Source: a bacterium | GTDB lineage: Bacteria; UBA8248 | Reading direction: 5' to 3' | Assembly: GCA_965213685.1 (NCBI GenBank) | Contig: CBDBZY010000031.1 | Coordinates: 32,001 to 96,000 of the forward strand | DNA: 64,000 nucleotides | Shown here: positions 1 through 11,753 of the stretch, piece after piece | Numbering within the stretch: the stretch's first letter is position 1 | How the letters are laid out: every line of letters begins with the position of its first letter | The notes under the pieces: model-generated | The model's input: only the letters and a program-made list of their open reading frames with translations | The model's database searches: none | What the model was told of the DNA's origin: nothing | Program-made: the position numbers and the translations under genes

Positions 1-28
1 TCTAATACAATATATTAAATTTTTTAGA

Positions 29-57
29 TTGTCTTATAGTTCGCCATGTGCTATATT
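29..57 (+). promoter_or_regulatory. sigma70-type promoter for gltBD (TTGTCT-17-TATATT, extended -10 TG, AT-rich upstream element)
   Basis: TTGTCT 29-34, TGc 49-51, TATATT 52-57; very AT-rich 1-28 in a GC-rich genome. Confidence 0.55.
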
Positions 58-182
58 CTGGTTCCCGGCCTTGCCGGAATCATCTTGGCAGCATTCACTA
101 AGACGCATTCAGGAATTTCCTGGCGCCGCGGGGGCCGGGGAGTTTCCCGGGACATCCTCCGAGGCGGAAGGCGGGTGAAACC

Positions 183-3100
183 ATGAGAGAGCCCTCCCGA
201 AAGCAGGGTCTGTACGATCCTGCCCTGGAGCACGACGCTTGCGGCGTCGCCTTTGTGGTGGACATCCAGGGGCGCAAATCCCACAAAATCGTCCAGCATT
301 CCCTCACTATCCTGAAGAATCTCGCCCACCGCGGGGCCACGGGCTCGGAGATCAACACGGGCGACGGGGCGGGAATTCTCATGCAGGTGCCCGACAAATT
401 CCTGCGCAAGGCCTGCGCGGCGGAAAAATTCGGCATCCCCCCGGAAGGCCGGTACGGGGTGGGCTCCGTATTCCTCCCCAGGTCTCCGAACCAGGCGAAT
501 GAGTGCGAACAAATTTTCGAGTCCATCGTCCACGAGGAGGGAGCCTTCGTCCTCGGCTGGAGGCCGGTGCCGAACGACCTCTCCGCGCTCGGGGCCTCCG
601 CCCGGGAGAGTGCCCCGCGATTCCGGCAGGTATTCGTCGGCGGATTCCACGAGTCCCTGGACGCCATGGGGATCGAGCGCAGCCTCTACGTCATTCGCAA
701 GCGCGTGGAGCACGCGATTCGCGAGTCGAACGTGCGGGACAGGGAGGAGTTTTTCGTTCCCTCGCTGTCCGCGCGCACGCTGATCTACAAGGGAATGCTC
801 ACCGCCAGGCAGCTCGAAAACGTGTTTCCGGACCTCAATGACCCCGACATGGAGTCCAGCCTGGCGCTGATTCACTCCCGCTTCTCCACCAACACGTTCC
901 CCTCCTGGCCGCTGGCCCACCCGTATCGCTACCTGGCGCACAACGGGGAGATCAACACGCTGCGCGGCAACATCAACTGGATGCGCGCCCGGGAGTCCCT
1001 CTGCCAATCCCCCCACCTGCCCGATCTGGAGAGAATCCTGCCCATCACCGTCGAGGGCGGAAGCGATTCGGCGATCCTCGACAACGTGCTGGAATTTCTC
1101 TACATGGCCGGTCGGGAGATGCCCCACGCCGTATTGATGATGATCCCGGAGCCGTGGGTGGGCCACGAATCCATGAGCGCGGAGAGAAAGGCGTTCTACG
1201 AGTTTCACGCCAGCCTGATGGAGCCCTGGGACGGCCCCGCCTGCATCGCGTTCACCGATGGCTCCCTCATCGGCGCGGCACTCGACAGAAACGGCCTGCG
1301 GCCCGCCAGATACTACGTCACGCATGACGACCTGCTCGTCATGGCCTCAGAGGTGGGCGTTCTCGACGTTCCGCCCGGGAACGTCAAGATCAAGGAGCGC
1401 CTCCACCCGGGGCGCATCCTCCTCGTGGACACCAGGGAGGGGCGCATCGTCGATGACGAGGAGATCAAGACGCGCTATGCGTCCGCGCACCCATACAAGG
1501 AGTGGGTGGATTCGCACCTGCTTGACCTCCAGGACCTGCCCCCCGCCCCGGTGCTCCCGGAGCCGGATCGTCACTCCATCCTCGAAAGACAAAAAATCTT
1601 CGGCTACACGCAGGAGGACCTGCGATTTTTCATCGGCCCGATGGCGAAACTGAAAACCGACCCGACCGGCTCCATGGGCAACGACGCCGCCCTCGCCGTT
1701 CTCTCGAACCGCCCCCGTCTCCTGTACGACTACTTCAAGCAGCTGTTCGCCCAGGTGACGAACCCGCCCATCGACGCCATTCGCGAGGAGATCATCACGC
1801 AGATATCCTCCACCATAGGCCCCGAGAAAAACCTGCTCGCCCCCGGGCCGGACTCCTGCCGGCAGGTCAGGCTGGACTCCCCCATTCTCGACAACGGGGA
1901 TTTCCACAAGCTCGTCCACATAGAGCAGCCGGACCTGAAGGCGGTCCCCCTGCCCATTCTCTTCCGCGCCGAGGAGGGCGTGGAGGGACTCCGGCGGGCG
2001 ATGGGGGAGCTGTGCAGGAAGGCCAGCCGCGCCATCGAGCAGGGCTACAGATTCATCGTTCTCTCGGACCGCGGCGCGTCGAAGGACTACGCGCCCATCC
2101 CCGCCCTTCTGGCCACCGCCGGCGTCCATCATCATCTGGTTCGGGAGGGAACCCGCACGCGGGTCGGCCTCCTCGTCGAAACGGGCGAGGCGCGCCAGGT
2201 GCACCACATGTGCCTGCTGCTCGGCTTTGGCGCCGCGGCCATCAACCCCTACCTCGTCTTTGAGACCATCGACGACATGCTCAAAACGGGGCTCCTCCGG
2301 GAGGTCGGCCCTGAGGCGGCCCGCAGAAACTACATCACCGCGCTCAACAAGGGCATCCTGAAGGTGATGTCGAAGATGGGCATCTCGACCATCCAGTCGT
2401 ATCGCGGTGCCCAGATATTCGAAGCCATCGGCCTCAAGCGCGATTTCGTGAAAAAGTATTTTACCTGGACGGCCTCGCGCATCGGCGGAATCGGCATCGA
2501 CGTCGTGGCCCAGGAGACCCTGAAACGGCTCCGGAACGCCTTTCCGGCCCGGCCGGTCGGCTCCCGCGAGCTCGAGGGCGGCGGCGACATCCAGTGGCGC
2601 CGGGACGGGGAGTTCCACCTGTTCAATCCCGAGACCGTGTTCAAGCTGCAACACTCCACGATGTCGGGCCAGTATGAAATTTTCAAGGAATACACGGAGA
2701 AGGTGGACAACCAGAGCAAGCATTTGGCCACGCTGCGGGGTCTTCTCGACTTCCGGCTGGCGGAGAGGGCCATCCCCCTGGAGGAGGTGGAGCCGGTCGA
2801 GGCGATCATGAAGCGCTTCAACACGGGGGGCATGTCCTACGGCGCCTTGAGCGCAGAGGCGCATGAAGTGCTGGCCGTGGCGCTCAACCGGATGGGCGCG
2901 AAATCCAACTCGGGCGAGGGCGGGGAGGACGCCAGCCGCTATGCGCCCGATGCGAACGGCGACCTCCGGCGCAGCGCCATTCACCAGGTGGCCTCGGGGC
3001 GCTTCGGGGTGACGAGCGATTACCTGGTCAACTGCACCGACCTGCAAATCAAGATGGCCCAAGGCGCCAAGCCCGGAGAGGGCGGACAACTCCCCGGCCA

Positions 3101-4739
3101 CAAGGTGTATCCCTGGATAGCCCGCACAAGGCACTCCACCCCCGGGGTCGGCCTCATCTCCCCGCCGCCCCACCATGACATCTATTCCATCGAAGACCTG
3201 GCCCAGCTGATATACGACCTGAAAAACGCGAACCCGCGCGCGGGGGTTCACGTGAAGCTCGTCTCCGAGGTGGGCGTCGGCACCGTGGCGGCGGGCGTCT
3301 CCAAGGCCCGCGCCGACACCGTCCTCATCTCGGGGCACGACGGGGGGACCGGCGCGTCTCCCATCACCAGCATCCTCCACGCGGGCACCCCGTGGGAGCT
3401 GGGTCTCGCGGAAACGCAGCAGGTGCTCGTGCTGAACAGGCTGCGGGACAGGATTGTGCTCCAGGTGGACGGGCAGATGAAAACGGGCCGCGACGTCGTC
3501 GTGGGCGCCCTGCTCGGCGCCGATGAGTTCGGGTTTTCCACGGCGCCGCTCGTCGTCATGGGATGCATCATGATGCGCGTGTGCCACCTGAACACGTGCC
3601 CCGTCGGCATCGCGTCCCAGGACCCGAAGCTGCGGGAGAAATTCGCCGGAAAGCCCGAGTTCGTGGAGAATTTCTTCCGCTTCGTCGCCGATGAGGTGCG
3701 CGAATACATGGCCGGGCTCGGCTTCCGCAGCATGGAGGAGATGATCGGGCGCGTGGACAGGCTCATCACCAGGAAAGCGGTGGATCACTGGAAGGCGAGA
3801 GGGCTGGACTTCTCCGCCATCCTCCACAAGCCGGACGCCGGCCCCGGCGCCGCGACCCGGCAGATCACGACGCAGGACCACGGCCTCGAGCACTCGCTCG
3901 ACATGCGGGAGCTGCTGCCCAGGTGCAGGGACGCGATAGAGAACAAGACGCCGGTTTCCCTGCGGCTGCCCATCCGCAACATTCACAGAACCGTGGGCAC
4001 CATCACGGGCTCGGAGGTGACGCGCGCGCACGGGGCGGAGGGGCTGCCGGAGGACACCATCCGCGTCCACTTCACCGGCTCGGCGGGCCAGAGCTTCGGC
4101 GCGTTCGTCCCGAAAGGCATGACCTTGACGCTGGAGGGCGACGCCAACGACTACATGGGCAAGGGACTCTCGGGCGGCAAGCTGATCGCCTATCCCCCCA
4201 GGGAGGCCGGCTTCGCGCCGGAGGAGAACATCATCATCGGAAACGTGGCGCTGTTCGGCGCCACGTCGGGAGAGGCGTATTTCCGCGGCCTCGCCGGCGA
4301 GCGCTTCTGCGTCCGAAACAGCGGCGCGCGCGCGGTGGCGGAGGGCGTGGGAGACCACGGATGCGAATACATGACGGGCGGCCGCGTCGTCATCCTGGGG
4401 AAAACGGGCAGGAACTTCGCCGCGGGAATGTCGGGAGGCGTCGCCTACGTTCTGGACGAGGGGGGCGACTTCGCCGGCCATTGCAACACGGAGCTGGTGG
4501 ACGTCGAGCCTCTGCGGGCGCCCGACGACGTCGAGGAGGTGAAGGGGATGATCCGGAAGCACATCGACCACACGGGCAGCGCGCGGGCGGAGGAGGTTCT
4601 CGGCGCGTGGGACGCGCACCAGCCCAGGTTCGTCAAGGTGATGCCCCGGGACTACAGGCGCGCGCTCACGGCCATCGAGGAGGCGAAGGAAAAAGGCGTC
4701 TCGTGGGAGGAGGCCGTCATGGAGGGGGCGGATGGGTAA
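183..4739 (+). CDS. gltB: glutamate synthase large subunit
   Basis: 1518 aa; N-terminal HDACGV amidotransferase start, [40 protein letters not shown] 3Fe-4S motif, GXGXG C-terminal domain. Confidence 0.98.
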   Translation: MREPSRKQGLYDPALEHDACGVAFVVDIQGRKSHKIVQHSLTILKNLAHRGATGSEINTGDGAGILMQVPDKFLRKACAAEKFGIPPEGRYGVGSVFLPRSPNQANECEQIFESIVHEEGAFVLGWRPVPNDLSALGASARESAPRFRQVFVGGFHESLDAMGIERSLYVIRKRVEHAIRESNVRDREEFFVPSLSARTLIYKGMLTARQLENVFPDLNDPDMESSLALIHSRFSTNTFPSWPLAHPYRYLAHNGEINTLRGNINWMRARESLCQSPHLPDLERILPITVEGGSDSAILDNVLEFLYMAGREMPHAVLMMIPEPWVGHESMSAERKAFYEFHASLMEPWDGPACIAFTDGSLIGAALDRNGLRPARYYVTHDDLLVMASEVGVLDVPPGNVKIKERLHPGRILLVDTREGRIVDDEEIKTRYASAHPYKEWVDSHLLDLQDLPPAPVLPEPDRHSILERQKIFGYTQEDLRFFIGPMAKLKTDPTGSMGNDAALAVLSNRPRLLYDYFKQLFAQVTNPPIDAIREEIITQISSTIGPEKNLLAPGPDSCRQVRLDSPILDNGDFHKLVHIEQPDLKAVPLPILFRAEEGVEGLRRAMGELCRKASRAIEQGYRFIVLSDRGASKDYAPIPALLATAGVHHHLVREGTRTRVGLLVETGEARQVHHMCLLLGFGAAAINPYLVFETIDDMLKTGLLREVGPEAARRNYITALNKGILKVMSKMGISTIQSYRGAQIFEAIGLKRDFVKKYFTWTASRIGGIGIDVVAQETLKRLRNAFPARPVGSRELEGGGDIQWRRDGEFHLFNPETVFKLQHSTMSGQYEIFKEYTEKVDNQSKHLATLRGLLDFRLAERAIPLEEVEPVEAIMKRFNTGGMSYGALSAEAHEVLAVALNRMGAKSNSGEGGEDASRYAPDANGDLRRSAIHQVASGRFGVTSDYLVNCTDLQIKMAQGAKPGEGGQLPGHKVYPWIARTRHSTPGVGLISPPPHHDIYSIEDLAQLIYDLKNANPRAGVHVKLVSEVGVGTVAAGVSKARADTVLISGHDGGTGASPITSILHAGTPWELGLAETQQVLVLNRLRDRIVLQVDGQMKTGRDVVVGALLGADEFGFSTAPLVVMGCIMMRVCHLNTCPVGIASQDPKLREKFAGKPEFVENFFRFVADEVREYMAGLGFRSMEEMIGRVDRLITRKAVDHWKARGLDFSAILHKPDAGPGAATRQITTQDHGLEHSLDMRELLPRCRDAIENKTPVSLRLPIRNIHRTVGTITGSEVTRAHGAEGLPEDTIRVHFTGSAGQSFGAFVPKGMTLTLEGDANDYMGKGLSGGKLIAYPPREAGFAPEENIIIGNVALFGATSGEAYFRGLAGERFCVRNSGARAVAEGVGDHGCEYMTGGRVVILGKTGRNFAAGMSGGVAYVLDEGGDFAGHCNTELVDVEPLRAPDDVEEVKGMIRKHIDHTGSARAEEVLGAWDAHQPRFVKVMPRDYRRALTAIEEAKEKGVSWEEAVMEGADG

Positions 4740-6184
4740 GCCGACGGGATTCGTGGAATTCGGCAGGGAGGCGCCCAGGACGCGGCCCGTGGAGGAGCGC
4801 GTCCACGACTGGGACGTGGTCTATCTCCCCACGCCACAGGAGACGCTCCGGCGCCAGGGGGGCGCGGTGCATGGACTGCGGCATTCCCTTTTGCCATCAG
4901 GGGTGCCCGCTGGGGAACCTGATTCCCGACTGGAACGACCTCGTCTATCGCGACCTGTGGAAAGACGCCATCGAGCGGCTTCATGCGACGAACAATTTTC
5001 CGGAATTCACCGGCTGGCTCTGCCCGGCGCCCTGCGAGGACTCCTGCGTCCTCACGATAAACGACTCCCCGGTGACGATCAAGGAGATCGAAAAATCCAT
5101 CATCGAGCACGCCTTCGCCGAGGGGTGGGTCAAGGCGGCCCCGCCCGAGGCGCGCACCGGCAAAAAGGTCGCCGTCGTGGGATCGGGGCCGGCGGGCCTG
5201 GCGGCGGCCCAGCAGCTCAACTACGCGGGGCACCTCGTCACCGTCTTCGAGCGCGACGACAAGCTGGGCGGACTCATGCGCTACGGGATACCGGACTTCA
5301 AGATGGACAAGACCTACATCGACCGGCGCACGCGGCAGATGGAGGAGGAGGGGGTGGCGTTCCGGGTGAACGCGAACGTCGGCGTGAACCCGAGCGTGTC
5401 CGACCTGCAGGAGGAGTTCGACGCCATCGTGCTGGCGGCGGGCGCGCTGATGCACAGGGATTTGCGCATCCCGGGGCGCGAGATGGGGGGCATCCACTTC
5501 GGCATGGAATATCTCACCATGCAGAACCGAAGGCTCGCGGGCGCGGACATACCGGATGCGGAGTTCATCACCGCACAGGACAAGCGCGTGGTCGTCATCG
5601 GAGGAGGCGATACGGGCGCGGATTGCGTGGGCACCGCGCACAGGCAGGGGGCCAAGTCCGTCCGCCAGTTCCAGTACCATCCGCGTCCGCCGGACAAAAG
5701 AGACCCGCTGAGCGACCCCTGGCCGAACTACGCGCACATATTCCGCACCGCGCCGATGTATGAGGAGGGCGGCGAGCGCATCTTCCAGATTCAGACCCGG
5801 CGCTTCCTCGGCGAATCCGGCCGCGTCAGAAAAATCGACACCGTGCGGGTGAACGAGACCCGCGACGAGAGCGGAGGAGCCGTGTTCTCCGAGATACCGG
5901 GCTCCGCAGAGGAGATCGACGCGGACCTCGTCCTCATCGCCATCGGCTTTCAGGGGCCCGACTGCCATCCCCTGCTCGACGCGCTGGCCCTCGAGCGCAC
6001 CGGACGCGGCGCCGTGCGTCGCGACGAGAGATGGATGACCAGCGCGCTGGGCGTCTTCGTGGCGGGCGACATGACCCGGGGCGCCTCCCTGGTGGTCTGG
6101 GCGATTGCGGACGGACGCTCCTGCGCGCGCGCCGTGGATGAATACCTGATGGGGGAGTCCGGCCTGCCCGCCCCCCTGGAATAG
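4732..6184 (+). CDS. gltD: glutamate synthase small subunit (apparent +1 G frameshift at G6 run 4857-4862)
   Basis: MGKPTGF start overlapping gltB stop; removing one G joins it to [43 protein letters not shown]. Confidence 0.93.
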
Positions 6185-6255
6185 TCCCGGGATTTTCGGC
6201 GGACGTTTCGCGCCGACATGACGGACCCTGCAGGGCAGACGGCGGCCGCGCCGCC

Positions 6256-7003
6256 ATGAAAGGAGTCGACATGATCACCGAGGGGGAGTTGGCCAGCGCC
6301 GCCGGGCGCAGGCCGGTCGGCGACGAGCCAGTCGCCCCGCGGCACCGGGAGGGCTTCGAGGGCGTCGTTCTGCGCGGCGCGAGAACTTCCGTGGAGCCGC
6401 TCGAGCCGGAGCGCGACTGCGCCGATATTCTCGCCGCCGCGACGGGGGGGCGATACGCCGGACAGGATTTGGGACTACCTCAGCGTCGGTCCCTTCGCCG
6501 ACGAAGCGGGGGTGCGGGCCTGGCTGGACGACTGCGCGGCCTCGAAGGATCCGGTTTTCGTGGTCTACCGCGACCGGGCGACCGGCCGCCTCGGCGGGAT
6601 GGGCAGCTTCATGGAAATTCGCCCCGCCGCCGGGGTCGCCGAAATCGGCCACATCTGGTTCGGCCGCGCCTGGCAGCGCGGTGCCCGCGTCACCGAAGTC
6701 CTCTCGCTGATGATGCGCCGCGTCCTCGACGCAGGCGGCTATCGCCGCCTGGAGTGGAAATGCGACGCGCACAACGCGGCGTCCCGCGCCGCCGCGCTGC
6801 GCCTCGGTTTCCGCTACGAGGGCACCTTTCTCAACCACATGATCGTTAAGGGGCGCAACCGCGACACCGCCTGGTTCTCCATCACGCAGGAGGAATGGCC
6901 GCCCGTTCGGGAGGCCCACGACCACTGGCTCCTCCCCGAGAACTTCGACGACCAGGGCCGACAGAAGCGCGCGCTGAGCGACCTCACCCGCGCGCTCTGG
7001 TGA
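6256..7003 (+). CDS. GNAT (RimJ/RimL-like) N-acetyltransferase (apparent +1 G frameshift at G7 run 6444-6450)
   Basis: EIGHIW...RRLEWKCDAHNAASRAAALRLGFRYEG...KGRNRDTAWFS; removing one G restores TGGDTPDRIWDYL. Confidence 0.85.
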
Positions 7004-7042
7004 GTGAGGCGGCAGGGGGAGACGAGTCCCGGCGGGCCTCTC

Positions 7043-8075
7043 TCAATTCGCCAGCGCCGCGTTCCAGATCGGGCGGATGGCGAAGGCGCCTGACGTCTCC
7101 GTATCCACCATCACCCGCACGGCGTGCATGTGCTTCGCGCCGAAAACCTGGAGGGCGACGACGTTCGGCGCCTTTTGCCGGAACGGGCGGATGACCTGGT
7201 AGATATGGCTGTCGCCGTAGATCAGCAGAACCGGCCTGCGGAACGCAGCCGCCCCGCGAATCAGCGCCTCGCCGAACCGCCTGAACCCGGACGCGCGGGC
7301 GAACGCCTCTTTTTTCGGCGCGAAAGACGCCGCCCTGAACATGTCGGCGTGGATCGCGAGCACGATCGCTGTGGCGTCCGAGGCGGCGGCCTTGTCGAAA
7401 CTCGCCTGGAGCCAGGCGACGTTCGCCGCATCTCGGGCGAAGAACTCGCGGACGGCGCGCGGTGCCCGCACCTCGAAGTTGTTGTTCGATCCAACGACGT
7501 GGGCCGTCAGGAAATGCACCCCCTCCTTGACGAAGCGGGCGTTCTCCACGTAATCGCCGAACCCCTGCATGGCGTCCGACTGCCGTTCAAGCCGCATCGG
7601 CGCCTTTCCGCGCGAAGTGCGCGCCGGCGGCGAAGAACGTCCGCCGGACAAAGGCCAGCCTCTCCAGCGGGTCGAAGCGGCCCGCCTTCTTTCGGTGACA
7701 ATCGGTCCACTCGTTGTCCCCCGGCGTGTAGATGAGCGGGGCGATGAACGAATCCATGAAATCGCGCTGCGCGCGCAGCATCTCGTCCGAACACGGGGTC
7801 GAGCCGGACTTGATGTCGCCCACATGTATCGTGAAGGCGGGTTTGAGAGCGTTTATCTGCCCGATCAGCGCGCGGAACGGCGGATAGACTTTCTCGGGCT
7901 TTCCGTAAGGCATGTCGCCGAGCGCCACGAACGCGAAAGGCTTCTCCGCCGCCGCAGCGGCTCCCGCCGTCAACCCCCACATCGCCAACGCCCCGAGAGC
8001 CGGCGCCAGCCATTTCCTCGCGAGCGCGTCCCCGGCGCGCCGCATCGTCCCGACCGTAGAAACCAGCGGTTCCAT
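7043..8075 (-). CDS. exported calcineurin-like metallophosphoesterase (single-base frameshift near 7620-7632)
   Basis: signal-peptide-like N-terminus, GDMPY, HVGDIK, TPGDNEWTDCH; second frame carries IHAD and YGDSH; GGAGG RBS before 8075. Confidence 0.75.
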
Positions 8076-8283
8076 CGCAGTCTGTCCTCCATGCATGAAA
8101 GAATGTGGGAGCGATTCGGCATCCGCCGCCGCCGACGGAGCGACGCCATCCCGATCGGGGGGACTATAGGGGAAAAAGAGAGGGCGCATGTTGCGCGCGG
8201 GTGAATTTTTCGTGATTTTCGGGAGAATCACGCGGGCCGCCGGACGGGCTCATCCGGCCTCCGCCCGCGCATCGCGGCAAATC

Positions 8284-9162
8284 TCACCTCCCCCAGCCCA
8301 GCCTCTCGGCCACCCGCAGGAGGATGTCCGAGCGGTTGAGGGCGTAGATGTGAAAATGCCGGACGCCCATCGCCGTCAGCTCCTGAATCTGGGCCGCCGC
8401 CAGGTCCGCCGACGCCTCCCGAAAGCCGGCCGGGTCGTTCTCATAAGGGGCGAGTGCGTCGACGACCCTCCGGGGAACGCGCGCCCCGCACTTGCGGGCG
8501 AAGCGCTGGGCCTGGGTCAGATTTCGTATGGGCAGGATGCCGGGGGCCAGGTCTATCCGCACGCCCCGCCCCGCCGTCTCCTCCAGGAAGCGCTCCCAAA
8601 TCCACGGCTCGAAGAAGAACTGGGAGGCGGCGTAATCCGCCCCCGCATCCACCTTTTGCACGAAGTGGTCCATCTCCCTCGCCCTGTCGGGCGTTTCTGG
8701 ATGGCCTTCGGGGTAGCAGGCCACGCCTATCGAGGAGAACCCGCCCAGGTTCCGCAGCCACCGGACGAGGTCGACCGCATATCGAAACCCGCCGGCGGCG
8801 GCCTCCGCTCGCGTCATGCCCTCCGGAATATCTCCCCGAAGCGCCAGGATGTCGCGCATCCCGTTTTGCCGATAGGCGGACATCAGGCGCGATATGTCCG
8901 ACTCGCGCGAACCCACGCAGGTGAGATGTGCCACCACCCGCCCGGGATAGCGCTTCGAGAGCGCCAGCACCAGCTCGAGCGTCCCCTCCCGGGTGGAGCC
9001 GCCCGCCCCGTACGTCACCGAGGTAAAGGCGACGTCCATCGCGGCCTGCAGCGCGGCCACCTCCCGCAGCGCGCGCTCCACCGCCTCCCGGCCCTTCGGC
9101 GGATACAGCTCCACCGAAACGCTCACGTCGGCAGAGGAGATGCTCTCGATCACCCTGGACAA
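8284..9162 (-). CDS. metF: 5,10-methylenetetrahydrofolate reductase
   Basis: SVELYPPK, SVTYGAGGS, AHLTC, LALRGD, CYPEGHPE, SQFFF, HIYALN; start (TTG 9162 or GTG 9153) uncertain. Confidence 0.92.
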   Translation of the reverse strand: MSRVIESISSADVSVSVELYPPKGREAVERALREVAALQAAMDVAFTSVTYGAGGSTREGTLELVLALSKRYPGRVVAHLTCVGSRESDISRLMSAYRQNGMRDILALRGDIPEGMTRAEAAAGGFRYAVDLVRWLRNLGGFSSIGVACYPEGHPETPDRAREMDHFVQKVDAGADYAASQFFFEPWIWERFLEETAGRGVRIDLAPGILPIRNLTQAQRFARKCGARVPRRVVDALAPYENDPAGFREASADLAAAQIQELTAMGVRHFHIYALNRSDILLRVAERLGWGR

Positions 9163-9210
9163 TCCGCTACCCTCTGCGGACGCCGCCAGAGCGGCGCGAA
9201 CGATGGACGC

Positions 9211-9250
9211 AACAAAAAACAGGCGCGGGGCAAAAAATTCGCCCCGCGCC
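9211..9250 (-). terminator. intrinsic terminator upstream of metF / downstream of sod-prx
   Basis: minus strand GGCGCGGGGC-gaatttttt-GCCCCGCGCC followed by TGTTTTTTGTT. Confidence 0.75.
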
Positions 9251-9397
9251 CGAGAACGGCAAGCCCGAACAGAAGGCTCAGGCAAACCAACAAGCTCCCA
9301 CAAACCCCACAACAAGCTCTCCGGAACTTCCCGGCCGCCCCCCCTTCGCCCTGGCGCAGCTCCGAGGGGGGGGGGGTACGAACCGCGCGGGAGCGGG

Positions 9398-9862
9398 CTA
9401 GCTCAAGGCCCCGAGTGCCGCGAAGAGCTTCTCGTCATCGGGCTTCTCGGGCGGGGCCGCCGTCACCTCCATGTAGGCGACGCTCCCCTGCTTGTCGACG
9501 AGAATCACCGCGCGGTTGCTGAACCCCTTGTCGTTCAGCAATCCGTAGGCCGCGCAGGTTCCCTTGCCGAAGAAATCGCTCAGCAGGGGGAATTCGATGC
9601 CATACTTCTCGGCCCAGGCCGCATGTGCGAACGGGCTGTCCACGCTGATGCCGAGGACCTCGCAATCCGCATCGTCGAACCGGGCGCTCTCGGCCTGGTA
9701 GGCCGGCAGCTGCTCGCTGCACACGGAGGAGAAATCGAACGGATAGAAGCACAGCAGGACGTTCTTCTTTCCGCGGTAATCGCTCAGCCGCACGGTGTCC
9801 CCCTCGGCGAGGGTTCTCGGCAATTCAAAGTCCGGTGCGGCGTCGCCTACGCTCAGCCCCAT
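9398..9862 (-). CDS. peroxiredoxin (AhpE/BCP-like, AhpC/TSA family)
   Basis: [22 protein letters not shown] (PxxxSxxC), GISVDS, FPLLSDF. Confidence 0.9.
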   Translation of the reverse strand: MGLSVGDAAPDFELPRTLAEGDTVRLSDYRGKKNVLLCFYPFDFSSVCSEQLPAYQAESARFDDADCEVLGISVDSPFAHAAWAEKYGIEFPLLSDFFGKGTCAAYGLLNDKGFSNRAVILVDKQGSVAYMEVTAAPPEKPDDEKLFAALGALS

Positions 9863-9894
9863 GAGGGCGCCCTCCCTTTTTATGGATGGTTTTC

Positions 9895-10482
<588 letters not shown>

Positions 10483-10749
10483 TTTGTTTTCTCCTTGATG
10501 GAAATGGAATGTTCTGTTCATTCACACGAAATTTTGTGACTCCTGCAAGGCCGCAGCCTCCCTCGACGCTCCCGAACCGCCCGGAACATGGACGGCGCAA
10601 GACGAGGCGCCGCCGGGGGCCGTTGTTCTTTTTCCGCTTTAAACCAAACGCGCGAACCTCTCTCTCGCGTCTCGCGAACCCGCCAGAACGTCCCGGACGA
10701 CCTTCGTCTAGTCCGTTTACCCCGTGCGCATGGATGCGCCAGAGGGCGC

Positions 10750-10778
10750 ATTGTATTTTAGGGATCGGGGCGCGTCAA
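10750..10778 (-). promoter_or_regulatory. sigma70-type promoter (TTGACG-17-TACAAT) about 260 nt upstream of sodA
   Basis: -35 at 10773-10778, -10 at 10750-10755, exact 17-nt spacer. Confidence 0.7.
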
Positions 10779-10812
10779 ATCTCCTCCTTGCAGCACGTCT
10801 GCGCGCCTCCGT

Positions 10813-11712
10813 CTATTCCGGTGCGCACCCCTTGTGGATTTCATCGAAATCGCGGTAGAGGAGGGACATATCCTCCTCCACCATCCCCCGCGCGACGGCT
10901 TTCTCCAGAAACGCGAGGGCGTCCTCGGCCAACGGAATGTCCGCCCCGCACTCCCGCCCCATCCCGACGGCGATGCCCACGTCCTTGCGCAAATTATAGA
11001 CGCGCGCCATCCCGTTCCACTTGCCCGAGAGGATGTTGTTCGGAAAACGATGGCGGCTCGCGTAGCTGTAGGCCGTCGAGACGTTGCAGACGTCGATCAT
11101 GTCCTCCACCCGCATCCCCAGCCGCTCGGCGAGGCGCGCCCCCTCGCAGGTCGCCAGAAACATGGTGTGAAGCACCATGTTGTGGATCAGCTTCATGGTG
11201 TGGCCCGCACCCTGTGCCCCCAGGTGAAAGGTGTTCTCCACGAAGGGGCGGAGGAACGGCTTCGTCCGCTCGAGAAGCGCCGCGTCTCCCCCGACCATGA
11301 GGGTCAGCTTCCCCTCCAGGATGCTGGCCGGCCCGCCGCTCATGCCCGCGTCGAGATACCCGACGCGCGCGCGCGCGGCCGCCTCCGCCAAGCGCCTCGT
11401 CCGCGCCGGGTCCGAGGTGGTCAGGTCGCAGATGACCAGCCCCTCTCCCGCGTTGCGCAGCACTCCCTCCGCACCCCGCAAACAGGCCTCGATTTCCCCG
11501 GACGACGGCACCACGAAGAAGATGACCGCACAGGATTTCGCCATCTCCCCGGGCGCGGCGATCGAGACGCCGTCGATTTTCTCGAACGGCCGGCGCGCCG
11601 CCTCGGACACGTCCCAGAGCGTCAGGGGCGTTTTCGCCTCGATGAGCCTTCGCGCCACCGGGTTGCCCATGCGCCCCAGGCCGATGACGCCCGCCCTCCT
11701 CTCCTGCCCCAT
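10813..11712 (-). CDS. NAD(P)-dependent beta-hydroxyacid dehydrogenase (3-hydroxyisobutyrate/6PGD family)
   Basis: GVIGLGRMG, DAGMSGG, LTLMVGG, MKLIHN, KDV. Confidence 0.88.
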   Translation of the reverse strand: MGQERRAGVIGLGRMGNPVARRLIEAKTPLTLWDVSEAARRPFEKIDGVSIAAPGEMAKSCAVIFFVVPSSGEIEACLRGAEGVLRNAGEGLVICDLTTSDPARTRRLAEAAARARVGYLDAGMSGGPASILEGKLTLMVGGDAALLERTKPFLRPFVENTFHLGAQGAGHTMKLIHNMVLHTMFLATCEGARLAERLGMRVEDMIDVCNVSTAYSYASRHRFPNNILSGKWNGMARVYNLRKDVGIAVGMGRECGADIPLAEDALAFLEKAVARGMVEEDMSLLYRDFDEIHKGCAPE

Positions 11713-11753
11713 GCGGACGCCTCCGGGGAAACGATGCGGGCGATGCGCCCGGA

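Noticed and set aside
1347-4619. 1090-aa antisense ORF over gltB, and similar long shadow ORFs (14637-17216, 18814-21357, 47894-50872)
   Set aside because: Expected from GC-rich codon bias on the opposite strand of real genes; no recognisable motifs.
4857-4862. Programmed ribosomal frameshifting in gltD, acnA or rlmN
   Set aside because: No shared slippery heptamer or stimulatory structure seen; these genes are not known to be recoded; sequencing error is simpler.
3923-6184. 753-aa ORF suggesting an N-terminally extended GltD
   Set aside because: Artefact of the frameshift at 4857-4862; the true start MGKPTGF is at 4732.
9260-9376. SAH-riboswitch-like fragments (AGGCTCAGG, CCGAGGGG) near metF
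   Set aside because: They lie on the strand opposite to metF and in the wrong order.
9398-9862. Possible selenocysteine in the peroxiredoxin, and likewise the molybdoenzyme
   Set aside because: Both have ordinary Cys codons and uninterrupted frames.
10518-10751. 77-aa ORF in the sodA leader
   Set aside because: Its ATG overlaps the -10 box, it has no RBS and its composition is not protein-like.
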